Below, piece after piece: positions 19,226-27,540 of a DNA stretch of 64,000 nucleotides (position 1 is its first letter; each line of letters opens with the position of its first letter). Made by a program: the position numbers and the translations under genes. Source of the stretch: Alphaproteobacteria bacterium (GTDB taxonomy: Bacteria; Pseudomonadota; Alphaproteobacteria; UBA2966); NCBI GenBank assembly GCA_018650465.1, contig JABIFY010000104.1, positions 6,107 to 70,106 of the forward strand, written 5' to 3'. The notes under the pieces were generated by a model, which saw only the letters and a program-made list of their open reading frames with translations, searched no databases and was not told where the DNA came from.

Positions 19226-20443
19226 ATGGCTGAGGCACGAGATATGGGTGATCTGGATACGGAACTGCAATCGGGCACGGATGTGTATATGCAGCAGTTT
19301 TCTGTGCCCTTCGCTTATCCCGTTTATTTTACCAAAAACATGTTCGCTGCGGACAACGAGGTTTTTATCAAGGCCTTGACCCGTCTGGAAAGCCACCGAC
19401 AGCATCGCTTTGTCACGTTCATTGACGCCGGTGTGGCTGATGCTCTGCCGAATTTGGCCGATGACATTACAAACTATGCTCAGGCCAATGCGGAAACCAT
19501 TGATCTGGTCGCAGCACCGGAAATTATTTCCGGCGGCGAAGGTGTCAAAAACGATCCGGACCTTATTGCCCGATTGCAAAAACAAATGCTGGATTTGCGT
19601 ATTGATCGACATTCCTTTGTCATGGCCATCGGTGGCGGGGCCTTTCTGGATATGATCGGCTATGTGGCGGCCACGACACACAGGGGCCTGCGTCTGATCC
19701 GGGTGCCGACAACTGTCCTGGCACAAAACGATTCCGGTGTTGGGGTCAAAACCGGGGTGAACGCCTGGGGCTCAAAAAATCTACTGGGCTCCTTCGCGCC
19801 GCCGTTTGCTGTGATCAATGATTCGACCTATTTGGCGAGCCTGAATGAACGGGACCGGCGGGCCGGTATGGCGGAAGCCGTCAAGGTGGCCCTGATCAGG
19901 GATGGCAGTTTTTTTGCCGCCCTAGAAGCCAATGCCGAAGCCCTGGCCCGGTTTGATCCCCCCGCAGTTAATCACCTGATCCGGCGCTGTGCTGAATTGC
20001 ACATGCATCAAATTGCCTTTGGTGGTGACCCGTTTGAAGCTGGCAGCGCCAGGCCACTGGATTATGGCCACTGGGCGGCGCACAAACTTGAGTCCATCAC
20101 CGACCATGCTGTGCGCCACGGTGAAGCCGTGGCCATCGGTCTGGCCCTGGATACCCGCTACAGTGTTGCCAAAGGCTTGTTGGCACCGGGCAATGAAGAC
20201 CGTGTGTGTGCCTTGCTGGACAAGCTGGGCTTTGATCTCTGGCATCCGGCGCTGGAGATGCGCAATGAGGATGGCATTCTGACAATTCTGGCGGGCTTGC
20301 GAGAGTTTCGCGAACATCTGGGTGGCGAATTGACCATTACCTTGTTGACCGGAATTGGCACCGGGCATGAAGTAAACGAAATGGACGAGGCTATTATTCT
20401 CGACAGTCTGGCCTGGCTCAAAAATCGTGCCTCAAACAAATAG
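19226..20443 (+). CDS. eboD: 3-dehydroquinate-synthase-family sugar-phosphate cyclase (EboD-type).
   Basis: DHQS fold motifs are present (AIGGGAFLDMIGYVAA; NDSGVGVKTGVN; metal-binding His context HGEAVAIGL). Confidence 0.8.
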   Translation: MAEARDMGDLDTELQSGTDVYMQQFSVPFAYPVYFTKNMFAADNEVFIKALTRLESHRQHRFVTFIDAGVADALPNLADDITNYAQANAETIDLVAAPEIISGGEGVKNDPDLIARLQKQMLDLRIDRHSFVMAIGGGAFLDMIGYVAATTHRGLRLIRVPTTVLAQNDSGVGVKTGVNAWGSKNLLGSFAPPFAVINDSTYLASLNERDRRAGMAEAVKVALIRDGSFFAALEANAEALARFDPPAVNHLIRRCAELHMHQIAFGGDPFEAGSARPLDYGHWAAHKLESITDHAVRHGEAVAIGLALDTRYSVAKGLLAPGNEDRVCALLDKLGFDLWHPALEMRNEDGILTILAGLREFREHLGGELTITLLTGIGTGHEVNEMDEAIILDSLAWLKNRASNK

Positions 20444-20461
20444 ATTCCGGAACAATATTTG

Positions 20462-21346
20462 ATGAATATTCAGATTGCCCTGCGTCTTGGAAGGGTCTCG
20501 AATTTACCCACTGTCTGGACCAATGTTCTGGCCGGACTGACGCTCGCCAGTGTAAGTGCTGGTACGAGCGCGAGCTCGGCACAAATCTGGGCCTTGATGA
20601 TTTCCATGACGTTTTTCTATCTCGGCGGTATGTATCTGAATGACGCCTTTGATGCGGAAATTGATGCGGCGGAGCGCCCGGAACGGCCCATTCCATCCGG
20701 TCAGGTGTCGGCCCGACTAATCTTCCACCTGGGCTTTGGCATGCTTTTACTGGGCATTGCCGGCTTGGCCTGGGCCGGAACGCAATTACCAAATGGCACG
20801 GGCTGGGGCCCGGCGATTGCCGGTCTGGCCTTGGCGGCCTGTATCACATTTTATAACTGGAACCATAAAAATAACCCGTTGAGTCCCCTGGTCATGGGCG
20901 CTTGTCGCATGCTGATTTATGTGGCCGCAGGACTGGTGCTGACGACGTCATTGCCGAACGGACTGTATTTCGGGGCAGGTGTATTGCTGTGTTATTTGAT
21001 CGGTTTGACCTTTGCTGCCAAGCAGGAAAACCTCAATCAAATCACTAATCTTTGGCCCCTGATCTTTCTGGGCATTCCCTTTGCTTATGCAGCGGGCATG
21101 CTGGAAATCGATCAGACAAGTCTGGTTATTCTGGCGGTCTTTTTGCTCTGGGTTTTGTACGCCCTGTCCTTTTTGGTCTTCCCGTCCCGGATCAATGTGC
21201 CGCGGGCTGTGGTTTCCCTACTGGCGGGGATATGCCTTCTGGATGCCTTGCTGATCGCCGCCAGTGGCGAGACAAACCTCGCTCTGTTTGCCCTGGTTGG
21301 ATTTCCACTGACCCTGGCCTTCCAGCGCTGGATACCAGGAACCTGA
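20462..21346 (+). CDS. eboC: UbiA-family aromatic/polyprenyl prenyltransferase (EboC-type), integral membrane.
   Basis: UbiA Asp-rich motif NDAFDAEIDAAERPERPIP. Eight or nine hydrophobic helices. I placed the start at ATG 20462. TTG 20459 is also in frame. Confidence 0.8.
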   Translation: MNIQIALRLGRVSNLPTVWTNVLAGLTLASVSAGTSASSAQIWALMISMTFFYLGGMYLNDAFDAEIDAAERPERPIPSGQVSARLIFHLGFGMLLLGIAGLAWAGTQLPNGTGWGPAIAGLALAACITFYNWNHKNNPLSPLVMGACRMLIYVAAGLVLTTSLPNGLYFGAGVLLCYLIGLTFAAKQENLNQITNLWPLIFLGIPFAYAAGMLEIDQTSLVILAVFLLWVLYALSFLVFPSRINVPRAVVSLLAGICLLDALLIAASGETNLALFALVGFPLTLAFQRWIPGT

Positions 21347-21375
21347 CTATTTAAAAAGATTTTGATGCGACAGAT

Positions 21376-22815
21376 TTGAAAATTGGGGACACCATGAAAA
21401 AAACCTGTCTGGCAATCGCGATAACCTTTTCTCTTGGCGGTGCTGCGATGGCGGCTGAAGCCCTGCCGAAGGTTACGCTTGAACTTGTGGCGGAAGGTTT
21501 GTCCGCCCCGCTCTTGCTTGTGGCGCCGCCGGATACCAGCGGTCGGAAATTTATTGGCGATCAGCTCGGTGTGATTTATGTGCTGGAGGCAAACGGCAAT
21601 AAACTTGCCGCACCGTTTCTCGACTTGCGGGATAAACTGACGCCACTGAAACAAGCCTTTGATGAACGCGGTTTGCTGGCCCTGGCCTTCCATCCGCAAT
21701 TTGCCAAAAACGGCAGGTTCTACGTCAACTACAGTGCCAAAAGACGGCCAAATTCCCCCTTTACCGGCAAGACAGCCTACACCTGGCGAACCTCGGAGTT
21801 TAAAGTTTCGGCCAGTAATCCAAACCGTGCTGACCCGGCCTCCGAACGGGTTTTGCTGGAATTTGACTGGGTCAATCGCAAACATAATGGCGGTGGCCTG
21901 GCCTTTGGCCCCGATGGCTATTTATATGTCGGTGTTGGTGATGGCGGCGGGGCCCATGGTGTGCCTGATGTCTACGTACCGCCGAAACGGGACGAGGGCG
22001 ACGCCTATCGTCATGCAGACGAAATCGACGAAGACCCGTTCAAAATACCGAAACGTTTTCATAAATATGATCGCTATGCCCAGGATACCCAGCGCCTGAA
22101 GGGCAAAATCTTGCGTCTTGATATAAATCCCGAAAATACTGACAAGGGCCACCCAGGTTACGCCATTCCCCTGACCAATATTTTTCGTGGTAAATCAGAA
22201 GGTCGTGACGAGATTTACGCTTGGGGTTTCCGCAACCCTTTCCGTTTGTCCTTTGACCGCAGTGGCAACGGTGACATGTTTGTCAGTGGGGTCGCTGAAT
22301 CGTTTTGGGAAACGGTTTACCTGGTCGATAAACAGGGGAACTATGGCTGGTCAGTGCGGGAGGGGCGGCATTGTTATGAGCGCGCCCGTGCCTTCAATCC
22401 ACCAAAAGACTGCCCGAAAACCGGCCTGCTGGGTGAGCCTATCCGCGATCCCGTGATCGAATATGCAAATTGGTCCGTCAAACGGAAATGGTCGAAGGTT
22501 GATGCTGACCCCATGGGCACTGCTAATATTGGCGGCTTCCTCTATCGCGGAAAAGCCCTGCCATCGCTCTATGGCAAGTTTGTTTTTGGCGATTTCAGTT
22601 CGGTCATTCAACGGCCTTCGGGGCAGATATTTGTGGCCACCCCGCAAGCCGTCTGGAAGTCTCTGTGGAGAATCGAAAAACTGCATCAAATGAATGTGCG
22701 GCTGCACAGCCTGGGCGAAGACAATGAAGGCGAGCTATATTTGATGACAACGGCCCAGGGCATCCCGGTGGGGAATTCCGGCAAGGTATGGAAACTGGTG
22801 CCTGCGTCGCAATGA
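21376..22815 (+). CDS. Periplasmic PQQ-dependent sugar dehydrogenase (SGDH family), paralogue 2.
   Basis: Signal peptide (MKKTCLAIAITFSLGGAAMAAEA). Motifs RGLLALAFHPQF and HNGGGLAFGPDGYLYVGVGDGG are present. It is paralogous to 14465..15760. Confidence 0.8.
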   Translation: MKIGDTMKKTCLAIAITFSLGGAAMAAEALPKVTLELVAEGLSAPLLLVAPPDTSGRKFIGDQLGVIYVLEANGNKLAAPFLDLRDKLTPLKQAFDERGLLALAFHPQFAKNGRFYVNYSAKRRPNSPFTGKTAYTWRTSEFKVSASNPNRADPASERVLLEFDWVNRKHNGGGLAFGPDGYLYVGVGDGGGAHGVPDVYVPPKRDEGDAYRHADEIDEDPFKIPKRFHKYDRYAQDTQRLKGKILRLDINPENTDKGHPGYAIPLTNIFRGKSEGRDEIYAWGFRNPFRLSFDRSGNGDMFVSGVAESFWETVYLVDKQGNYGWSVREGRHCYERARAFNPPKDCPKTGLLGEPIRDPVIEYANWSVKRKWSKVDADPMGTANIGGFLYRGKALPSLYGKFVFGDFSSVIQRPSGQIFVATPQAVWKSLWRIEKLHQMNVRLHSLGEDNEGELYLMTTAQGIPVGNSGKVWKLVPASQ

Positions 22816-22846
22816 TGCAGGCCATCAGCAACCGGATTTAATCCGC

Positions 22847-24367
22847 ATGACGTTGCCAACGCCGCTTACAAAAGGACAGGAAAAAAAGGTCCTGATGACA
22901 ACAGCGATTGTCAGCGGCATGGGCTTTGCTGACATGATGGCTGTTAATACAGCTCTGCCGGTTATGCAGGCTCAGCTGGGCATGGATGCGGCCAGCGCTT
23001 TGTGGGTGGCTGAAATTTATCTTCTGTTTGTGGCTTCGTTGATGATGATGGGCGGGGCTCTTGGTGACCGGTTTGGTTATCGCCGGGTTTTGCGCTATGG
23101 CATTATTGCCTTTGCAGCATCGTCCCTGTTCTGTGCGGCGTCGACGTCAGGTGACATGTTGATTTTTGCCCGCGCGACCCAGGGTCTGGCAGCGGCCATT
23201 GTTCTGCCCTCCAGCCTGGCCCTGCTAAATGCCTGTTTTCCAGCGGCTCAACGCGGCATGGCGATTGGCAGCTGGACGGCCATTAGCTCCATGATGATAC
23301 CGCTCGGACCACTTGCCGGTGGGGCGGCGGTTGATCTTCTGTCCTGGCACTGGATCTTTATTATCAATCTGCCGCTATGTGCCGCTGCATATTTCTTTCT
23401 GCGTGGTGTGCCAAGACCACCTTTTGGGCAGACGGCAACGGCTCGCCTGGACATTATTGGCATCATCGGAATTACCAGCGGCTTGGGCGCTCTGGTCTTT
23501 GGTTTACTGGAAGGCGCGCGGCGTGGTTTTGCTGATGATCTGGTGATTGTTTCTCTCATCGCTGCCGCAATTTTGCTGCCGCTTTTGATTGTTTATGAAG
23601 CAATTTGCAAGTCTCCCATGCTGCCCTTGTGGATGTTTCGGCGGCGTGTTTTTGTCTTGGTGAACATGCAAACTTTTCTGTTTTTTTCCGGCTTCCAGGG
23701 TGCGTTGTTCTTGCTGCCCTTCTTTCATATTCAGGTCTATGGCCTCACAGCCCTTCAGGCCGGTGCCGCCGGTTTGCCCATATCTATCGCCATGGTGTTA
23801 TTGTCTCGTGCCGTGGGAAAGTTAATGGACAAACACGGTGCCGGGCCTTTGTTGGCCAGTGCCCCGTTTCTGATTGCAGGTGGATTATTCTGGCTGGCCC
23901 AGGTGCCAGCCGACGGGACCTATTTTCGCCACGTCTTGCCACCTCTTGTCATATTGTCCACAGGGATGGGATTTTTTATTGCGCCACTGACAACGGTGGC
24001 CCTGAACGCCGCGGGAGAAGGGCGCAGTGGCTTGGCCTCGGCTGTAAATAACACCATGTCCAGGGTCGCGGGTTTGGTTTCCGTCGCCATGATGGGCGTC
24101 TTGCTGACCAACGGCTTTACAAAAAGCCTTGCCGCAAATCTGGCTGCTTTGGGCCTTGATGCAGAACAGTTGTCGTTAATTAATGGCCAGGTTCAACGCT
24201 TGGCTGCCCTGGTGCCACCTGCCTCCCTCAGTCAGGACCAGGTGGATGCCCTGGACATGACCGTTCGCACAGCCTTTACTGTCGGTTTCAGCGATGCTGT
24301 ATTGGTTGCCTCGGCTTCAATGGCGCTGGCGGGCGTTGTCGGCGTGATTGGTTTGAAGAAGTTTTAA
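22847..24367 (+). CDS. MFS transporter (14-TMS drug:H+ antiporter DHA2-like).
   Basis: The protein is about 506 aa with many hydrophobic helices. MFS motif A-like sequences GDRFGYRR and LGPLAGG are present. Confidence 0.8.
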   Translation: MTLPTPLTKGQEKKVLMTTAIVSGMGFADMMAVNTALPVMQAQLGMDAASALWVAEIYLLFVASLMMMGGALGDRFGYRRVLRYGIIAFAASSLFCAASTSGDMLIFARATQGLAAAIVLPSSLALLNACFPAAQRGMAIGSWTAISSMMIPLGPLAGGAAVDLLSWHWIFIINLPLCAAAYFFLRGVPRPPFGQTATARLDIIGIIGITSGLGALVFGLLEGARRGFADDLVIVSLIAAAILLPLLIVYEAICKSPMLPLWMFRRRVFVLVNMQTFLFFSGFQGALFLLPFFHIQVYGLTALQAGAAGLPISIAMVLLSRAVGKLMDKHGAGPLLASAPFLIAGGLFWLAQVPADGTYFRHVLPPLVILSTGMGFFIAPLTTVALNAAGEGRSGLASAVNNTMSRVAGLVSVAMMGVLLTNGFTKSLAANLAALGLDAEQLSLINGQVQRLAALVPPASLSQDQVDALDMTVRTAFTVGFSDAVLVASASMALAGVVGVIGLKKF

Positions 24368-24398
24368 CGTGCGCGCAATCGAGTGAAAGAGGGCTGTC

Positions 24399-25397
24399 AT
24401 GAACAAAGATCTTTTATTTGGTATTCAGACCAATGGCATTCGACATACAGAGGCCGATGGCATGCCTGATATCGACACCCGCTTCGCCATGGTGCGCGAC
24501 GCCGGTGTGTTTGACTATGTGGACAAAACACCAGATCCCCACGAAATAGAAGATTTCCGGGCGGCCTCAAAAAAATATGGCTTGCCGGTGCGCGGCAGTG
24601 GCTGGTTTTATGCCGTTGGTCGCGACGAAGACTTGTTGGCCAACAATCTGGCCATTGCCGGTGACCTGGGATCAACCGTGCACAATGTTCAGGTCCTGGC
24701 CAAGCGCGCCGATGGTGAACTTGCCAGCAACGAAGACGTCGTCAATTTCTATGAAACATCGCTGGAACTGGGTGACAAACAGGGTGTCATGCCCTGCCTG
24801 GAAGTTCATGTGAATATGTGGTCCGAGGATTTCCGCCGGGTCACCCCTGTAGCACATCTCGCAGAATCGCGCGGGTTGCCCTTTCGCATGACCCTGGATC
24901 ACAGCCACGTCATTTTCAAAATGGATAATCCACGGGAACAACAGGTCTTTGATATCAGTAGCGATGTGGCGTCAGGCAAACTGGTGCTGGACCCCTTTGT
25001 GGATGGTGATGTGTGCAGTGAATGGATCGACAACAATTGGATCGGCCATTGTCATGCCCGCGCTGCGGTACCGAATAATCCCTTGAATACTCAAGCCAGC
25101 GATGAAAACGGCAATCCGGGTCGTGGCATTCAGTATCCCTTTGCCGAACCTGCCCCTGGCACCTGGCATGCAGACTGGGATTTGGCGGCCCTGGAGCCCT
25201 GGAAAGAAGTTGTGCGGAAATTATTGCGTCATCACGCCCAAACTGACGACAGCCCGCTGGGTCAGATATCAACCGAATTTATTCCCAACCTGGATTACGG
25301 CGAGGGCTGTCGTTATTCCCTGTTTGATCAGGCCATTGCCTGCGTTGAATGGATGCGGGTGGAATGGGATACAGCGCAGTCGTTGGCATCCTCCTAA
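24399..25397 (+). CDS. Hypothetical protein. Possibly a xylose-isomerase-like TIM-barrel (sugar-phosphate isomerase/epimerase-like) or a metal-dependent enzyme.
   Basis: I recognise no clear family. His/Glu/Asp-rich segments are present (HVNMWSED, LDHSHVIFK, GHCHAR). It is tightly linked to the downstream reductase, 6 bp away. Confidence 0.4.
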   Translation: MNKDLLFGIQTNGIRHTEADGMPDIDTRFAMVRDAGVFDYVDKTPDPHEIEDFRAASKKYGLPVRGSGWFYAVGRDEDLLANNLAIAGDLGSTVHNVQVLAKRADGELASNEDVVNFYETSLELGDKQGVMPCLEVHVNMWSEDFRRVTPVAHLAESRGLPFRMTLDHSHVIFKMDNPREQQVFDISSDVASGKLVLDPFVDGDVCSEWIDNNWIGHCHARAAVPNNPLNTQASDENGNPGRGIQYPFAEPAPGTWHADWDLAALEPWKEVVRKLLRHHAQTDDSPLGQISTEFIPNLDYGEGCRYSLFDQAIACVEWMRVEWDTAQSLASS

Positions 25398-25403
25398 AGA
25401 ACC

Positions 25404-26483
25404 ATGGAAAAACGCATATCCATCCTGCCAAGCGGGCACAGCTTTTGGGCGGAAGAAAATGAGTCGATCCTTCAGGCCGGGCTGAAGGCAGGCTTTGCCA
25501 TGCCCTATGGTTGTTCCAACGGCACCTGTGGTTTGTGCCGGGCGCGGCTCATCGAGGGCGAGATCGAGACCATCAAACATACGGACTACCCTTTTAATGA
25601 GCGGGAAAGGTCCCAGGGATTTATACTGACCTGTGCCTGTTCTGCTGTGTCAGATGGCGTGGTTCTTGATGTTGCCGAAGCCGGAAGCGTCGATGATATT
25701 GCCCATCAGGAAATCATGGTCAGGGTTCGGTCGATTGTGCCCGCGGCAGAAGACTTGTTGATCGTGCGCGTGCAAACCCCGCGCAGCCAGCGCTTTCGTT
25801 TTCTGGCCGGACAAAATGCGGCCCTTGTCGTGATGCGCGATGACGATGTCATTGCCACCCGGACCTTGCCGGTTGCCAGCTGCCCCTGCGATGACCGGAA
25901 CCTGGAATTTCATGTTGTACGCCAGGATGATGATCGTTTGTTCGAGGAACTGTCAGGTCAAAATGGCAAGGTCAGGGAATTAACATTAACCGGTCCGACC
26001 GGGAATTTTGTCTTGAACCACTCGGCCGGCCGTCAATATGTTTTTGTGGCGCAGGATACGGGTTTTGCACCTGTGCGCAGCCTCATCGAACATGCCATGT
26101 CCCTGGACGAAGATGCACACATGCAATTGTTCTGGCTGGCCAGCGCAACAAGCGGACATTACCTGGAAAACCTTTGCCGGTCATGGGCCGATGCCCTCGA
26201 CAATTTCAATTTTGAGTTACTGGACGGTATGCAGGAAATTGACCTGGTGCAAAAGGTGCTTGCAGAAGATGGCGCGAACCCGGACAGGGAAATCTTCATC
26301 GCCGGAACGGACGAATTTGTTTCCACCCTTGAGCGCGATCTTTCAGCCGTTGGTATTACCGGACAGCTGCCTCACCTCAATCGGCTGCAAGATCAGTCCG
26401 GGTCAGCCCAGACCAGCGATGGCGAAGGTGCGGGACGTGGAAGCCAGAACGTGAAAGTCACGACATCCTGCGTCTCAAACTGA
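25404..26483 (+). CDS. Ferredoxin-NAD(P)+ reductase-type oxidoreductase with an N-terminal plant-type [2Fe-2S] ferredoxin domain (oxygenase reductase component-like).
   Basis: [2Fe-2S] cysteine motif CSNGTCGLCRARLIEG...C. A C-terminal FAD/NAD-binding FNR-like fold is present. Confidence 0.78.
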   Translation: MEKRISILPSGHSFWAEENESILQAGLKAGFAMPYGCSNGTCGLCRARLIEGEIETIKHTDYPFNERERSQGFILTCACSAVSDGVVLDVAEAGSVDDIAHQEIMVRVRSIVPAAEDLLIVRVQTPRSQRFRFLAGQNAALVVMRDDDVIATRTLPVASCPCDDRNLEFHVVRQDDDRLFEELSGQNGKVRELTLTGPTGNFVLNHSAGRQYVFVAQDTGFAPVRSLIEHAMSLDEDAHMQLFWLASATSGHYLENLCRSWADALDNFNFELLDGMQEIDLVQKVLAEDGANPDREIFIAGTDEFVSTLERDLSAVGITGQLPHLNRLQDQSGSAQTSDGEGAGRGSQNVKVTTSCVSN

Positions 26484-26502
26484 ACCAAGCCGCTTCAGTT
26501 TT
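26478..26502. terminator. Short hairpin (AACTGAA / TTCAGTT, 9-nt loop) followed by TTTT, lying between convergent genes. It is a possible bidirectional terminator.
   Basis: Read directly from the sequence. It overlaps the stop codons of both convergent genes. Confidence 0.3.
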
Positions 26503-27421
26503 CCACAGGGGTTCCACCTGCTGCCAGGGTCAGCGCCTTTTCAATCGTCGCCGGGCATTCCAGGATGCTCATGAAGCTGTTTGATCCCATCATGGATAGA
26601 TCCGGAAAACTGATGGCAATACGAAAGCGGGCATACAGCGCATAAACCTTGTTGCCGCTGACCAGAATTTCGTAAGGAAGATGGGCCGCAGACTTGATGT
26701 CCGAAAAATCAATCTGGCTCATTATATATTCATCATCCTGCATGGTGCCGCCTGGACCTGATCCAACCATGCCGACGCCAAAAACACTTTCTTTCTTGCC
26801 TGTTACGTCAACACGGTAAACCTTGCTGACGCCGCTTGTTTTGGCTGCAAGACCTTTTTCCAGAGCTGCAATGGCTTCTTCGTGGCTGTCATATTCCGCC
26901 AATTCACTGGGCTCATCAAAATATTCCATGCCAAACATGTAATGGTATCCCCGGAGATCGTCTTCTGTCATGCCGACGGCCATACCATAAGCCTCGCCGG
27001 TGCCCAAAGCCTTGCCGAGAGCCGCGCGAATGTCAGACAGGTCAACCGCCATGCGATAAGCTGCGGCCAGATATTCCGGGTTGGTATAAGAAATCTGAAC
27101 CTTGTCGCCAACGAGACTAAGAGAGACACGTTGTGCCGCAGCATAGCCGCCGAAATCTGACTTCGCAGCAGCAGCTTTCAAAACGTCGTTTGTGACGATC
27201 AGCAATAATGTGTTTTCGTAAGGGCTATGTTCCCCGACCACTTCAAAACCACCCAAAGTGAGTTTGTTTTTGGTTTCCGTTGCCGTGGCACTCAGGCTTT
27301 TGCTGCTTTCGCCTGCCAGAAAGAAAGGTTTCAGCAATTCATCAGCGCCAACACCCTGTCCGGCCTGAATTCCAAAGAATACCGCAATTGCGGCCACGGC
27401 TATCACTATACGACTTCTCAT
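26495..27421 (-). CDS. Secreted or periplasmic hypothetical protein.
   Basis: Signal peptide MRSRIVIAVAAIAVFFGIQAGQGVGA. I recognise no catalytic motif. I placed the start at ATG 27421. Confidence 0.5.
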   Translation of the reverse strand: MRSRIVIAVAAIAVFFGIQAGQGVGADELLKPFFLAGESSKSLSATATETKNKLTLGGFEVVGEHSPYENTLLLIVTNDVLKAAAAKSDFGGYAAAQRVSLSLVGDKVQISYTNPEYLAAAYRMAVDLSDIRAALGKALGTGEAYGMAVGMTEDDLRGYHYMFGMEYFDEPSELAEYDSHEEAIAALEKGLAAKTSGVSKVYRVDVTGKKESVFGVGMVGSGPGGTMQDDEYIMSQIDFSDIKSAAHLPYEILVSGNKVYALYARFRIAISFPDLSMMGSNSFMSILECPATIEKALTLAAGGTPVEN

Positions 27422-27540
27422 GACGTTCCTCCCCAGGCGAGTCATTTACATTAGAGCTGTCTTATATAATGGCCTGAGTGTTGCCCGGTTGTACACAGAA
27501 AAATTAAGCTGCCGCCCGTGATTGCGATTACAGAAGATTG

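Noticed and set aside
21112-21885. 257-aa minus-strand ORF spanning the eboC / PQQ-dehydrogenase junction
   Set aside because: It overlaps two well-supported plus-strand genes. Its composition is Arg/Lys-rich, which marks an antisense artefact.
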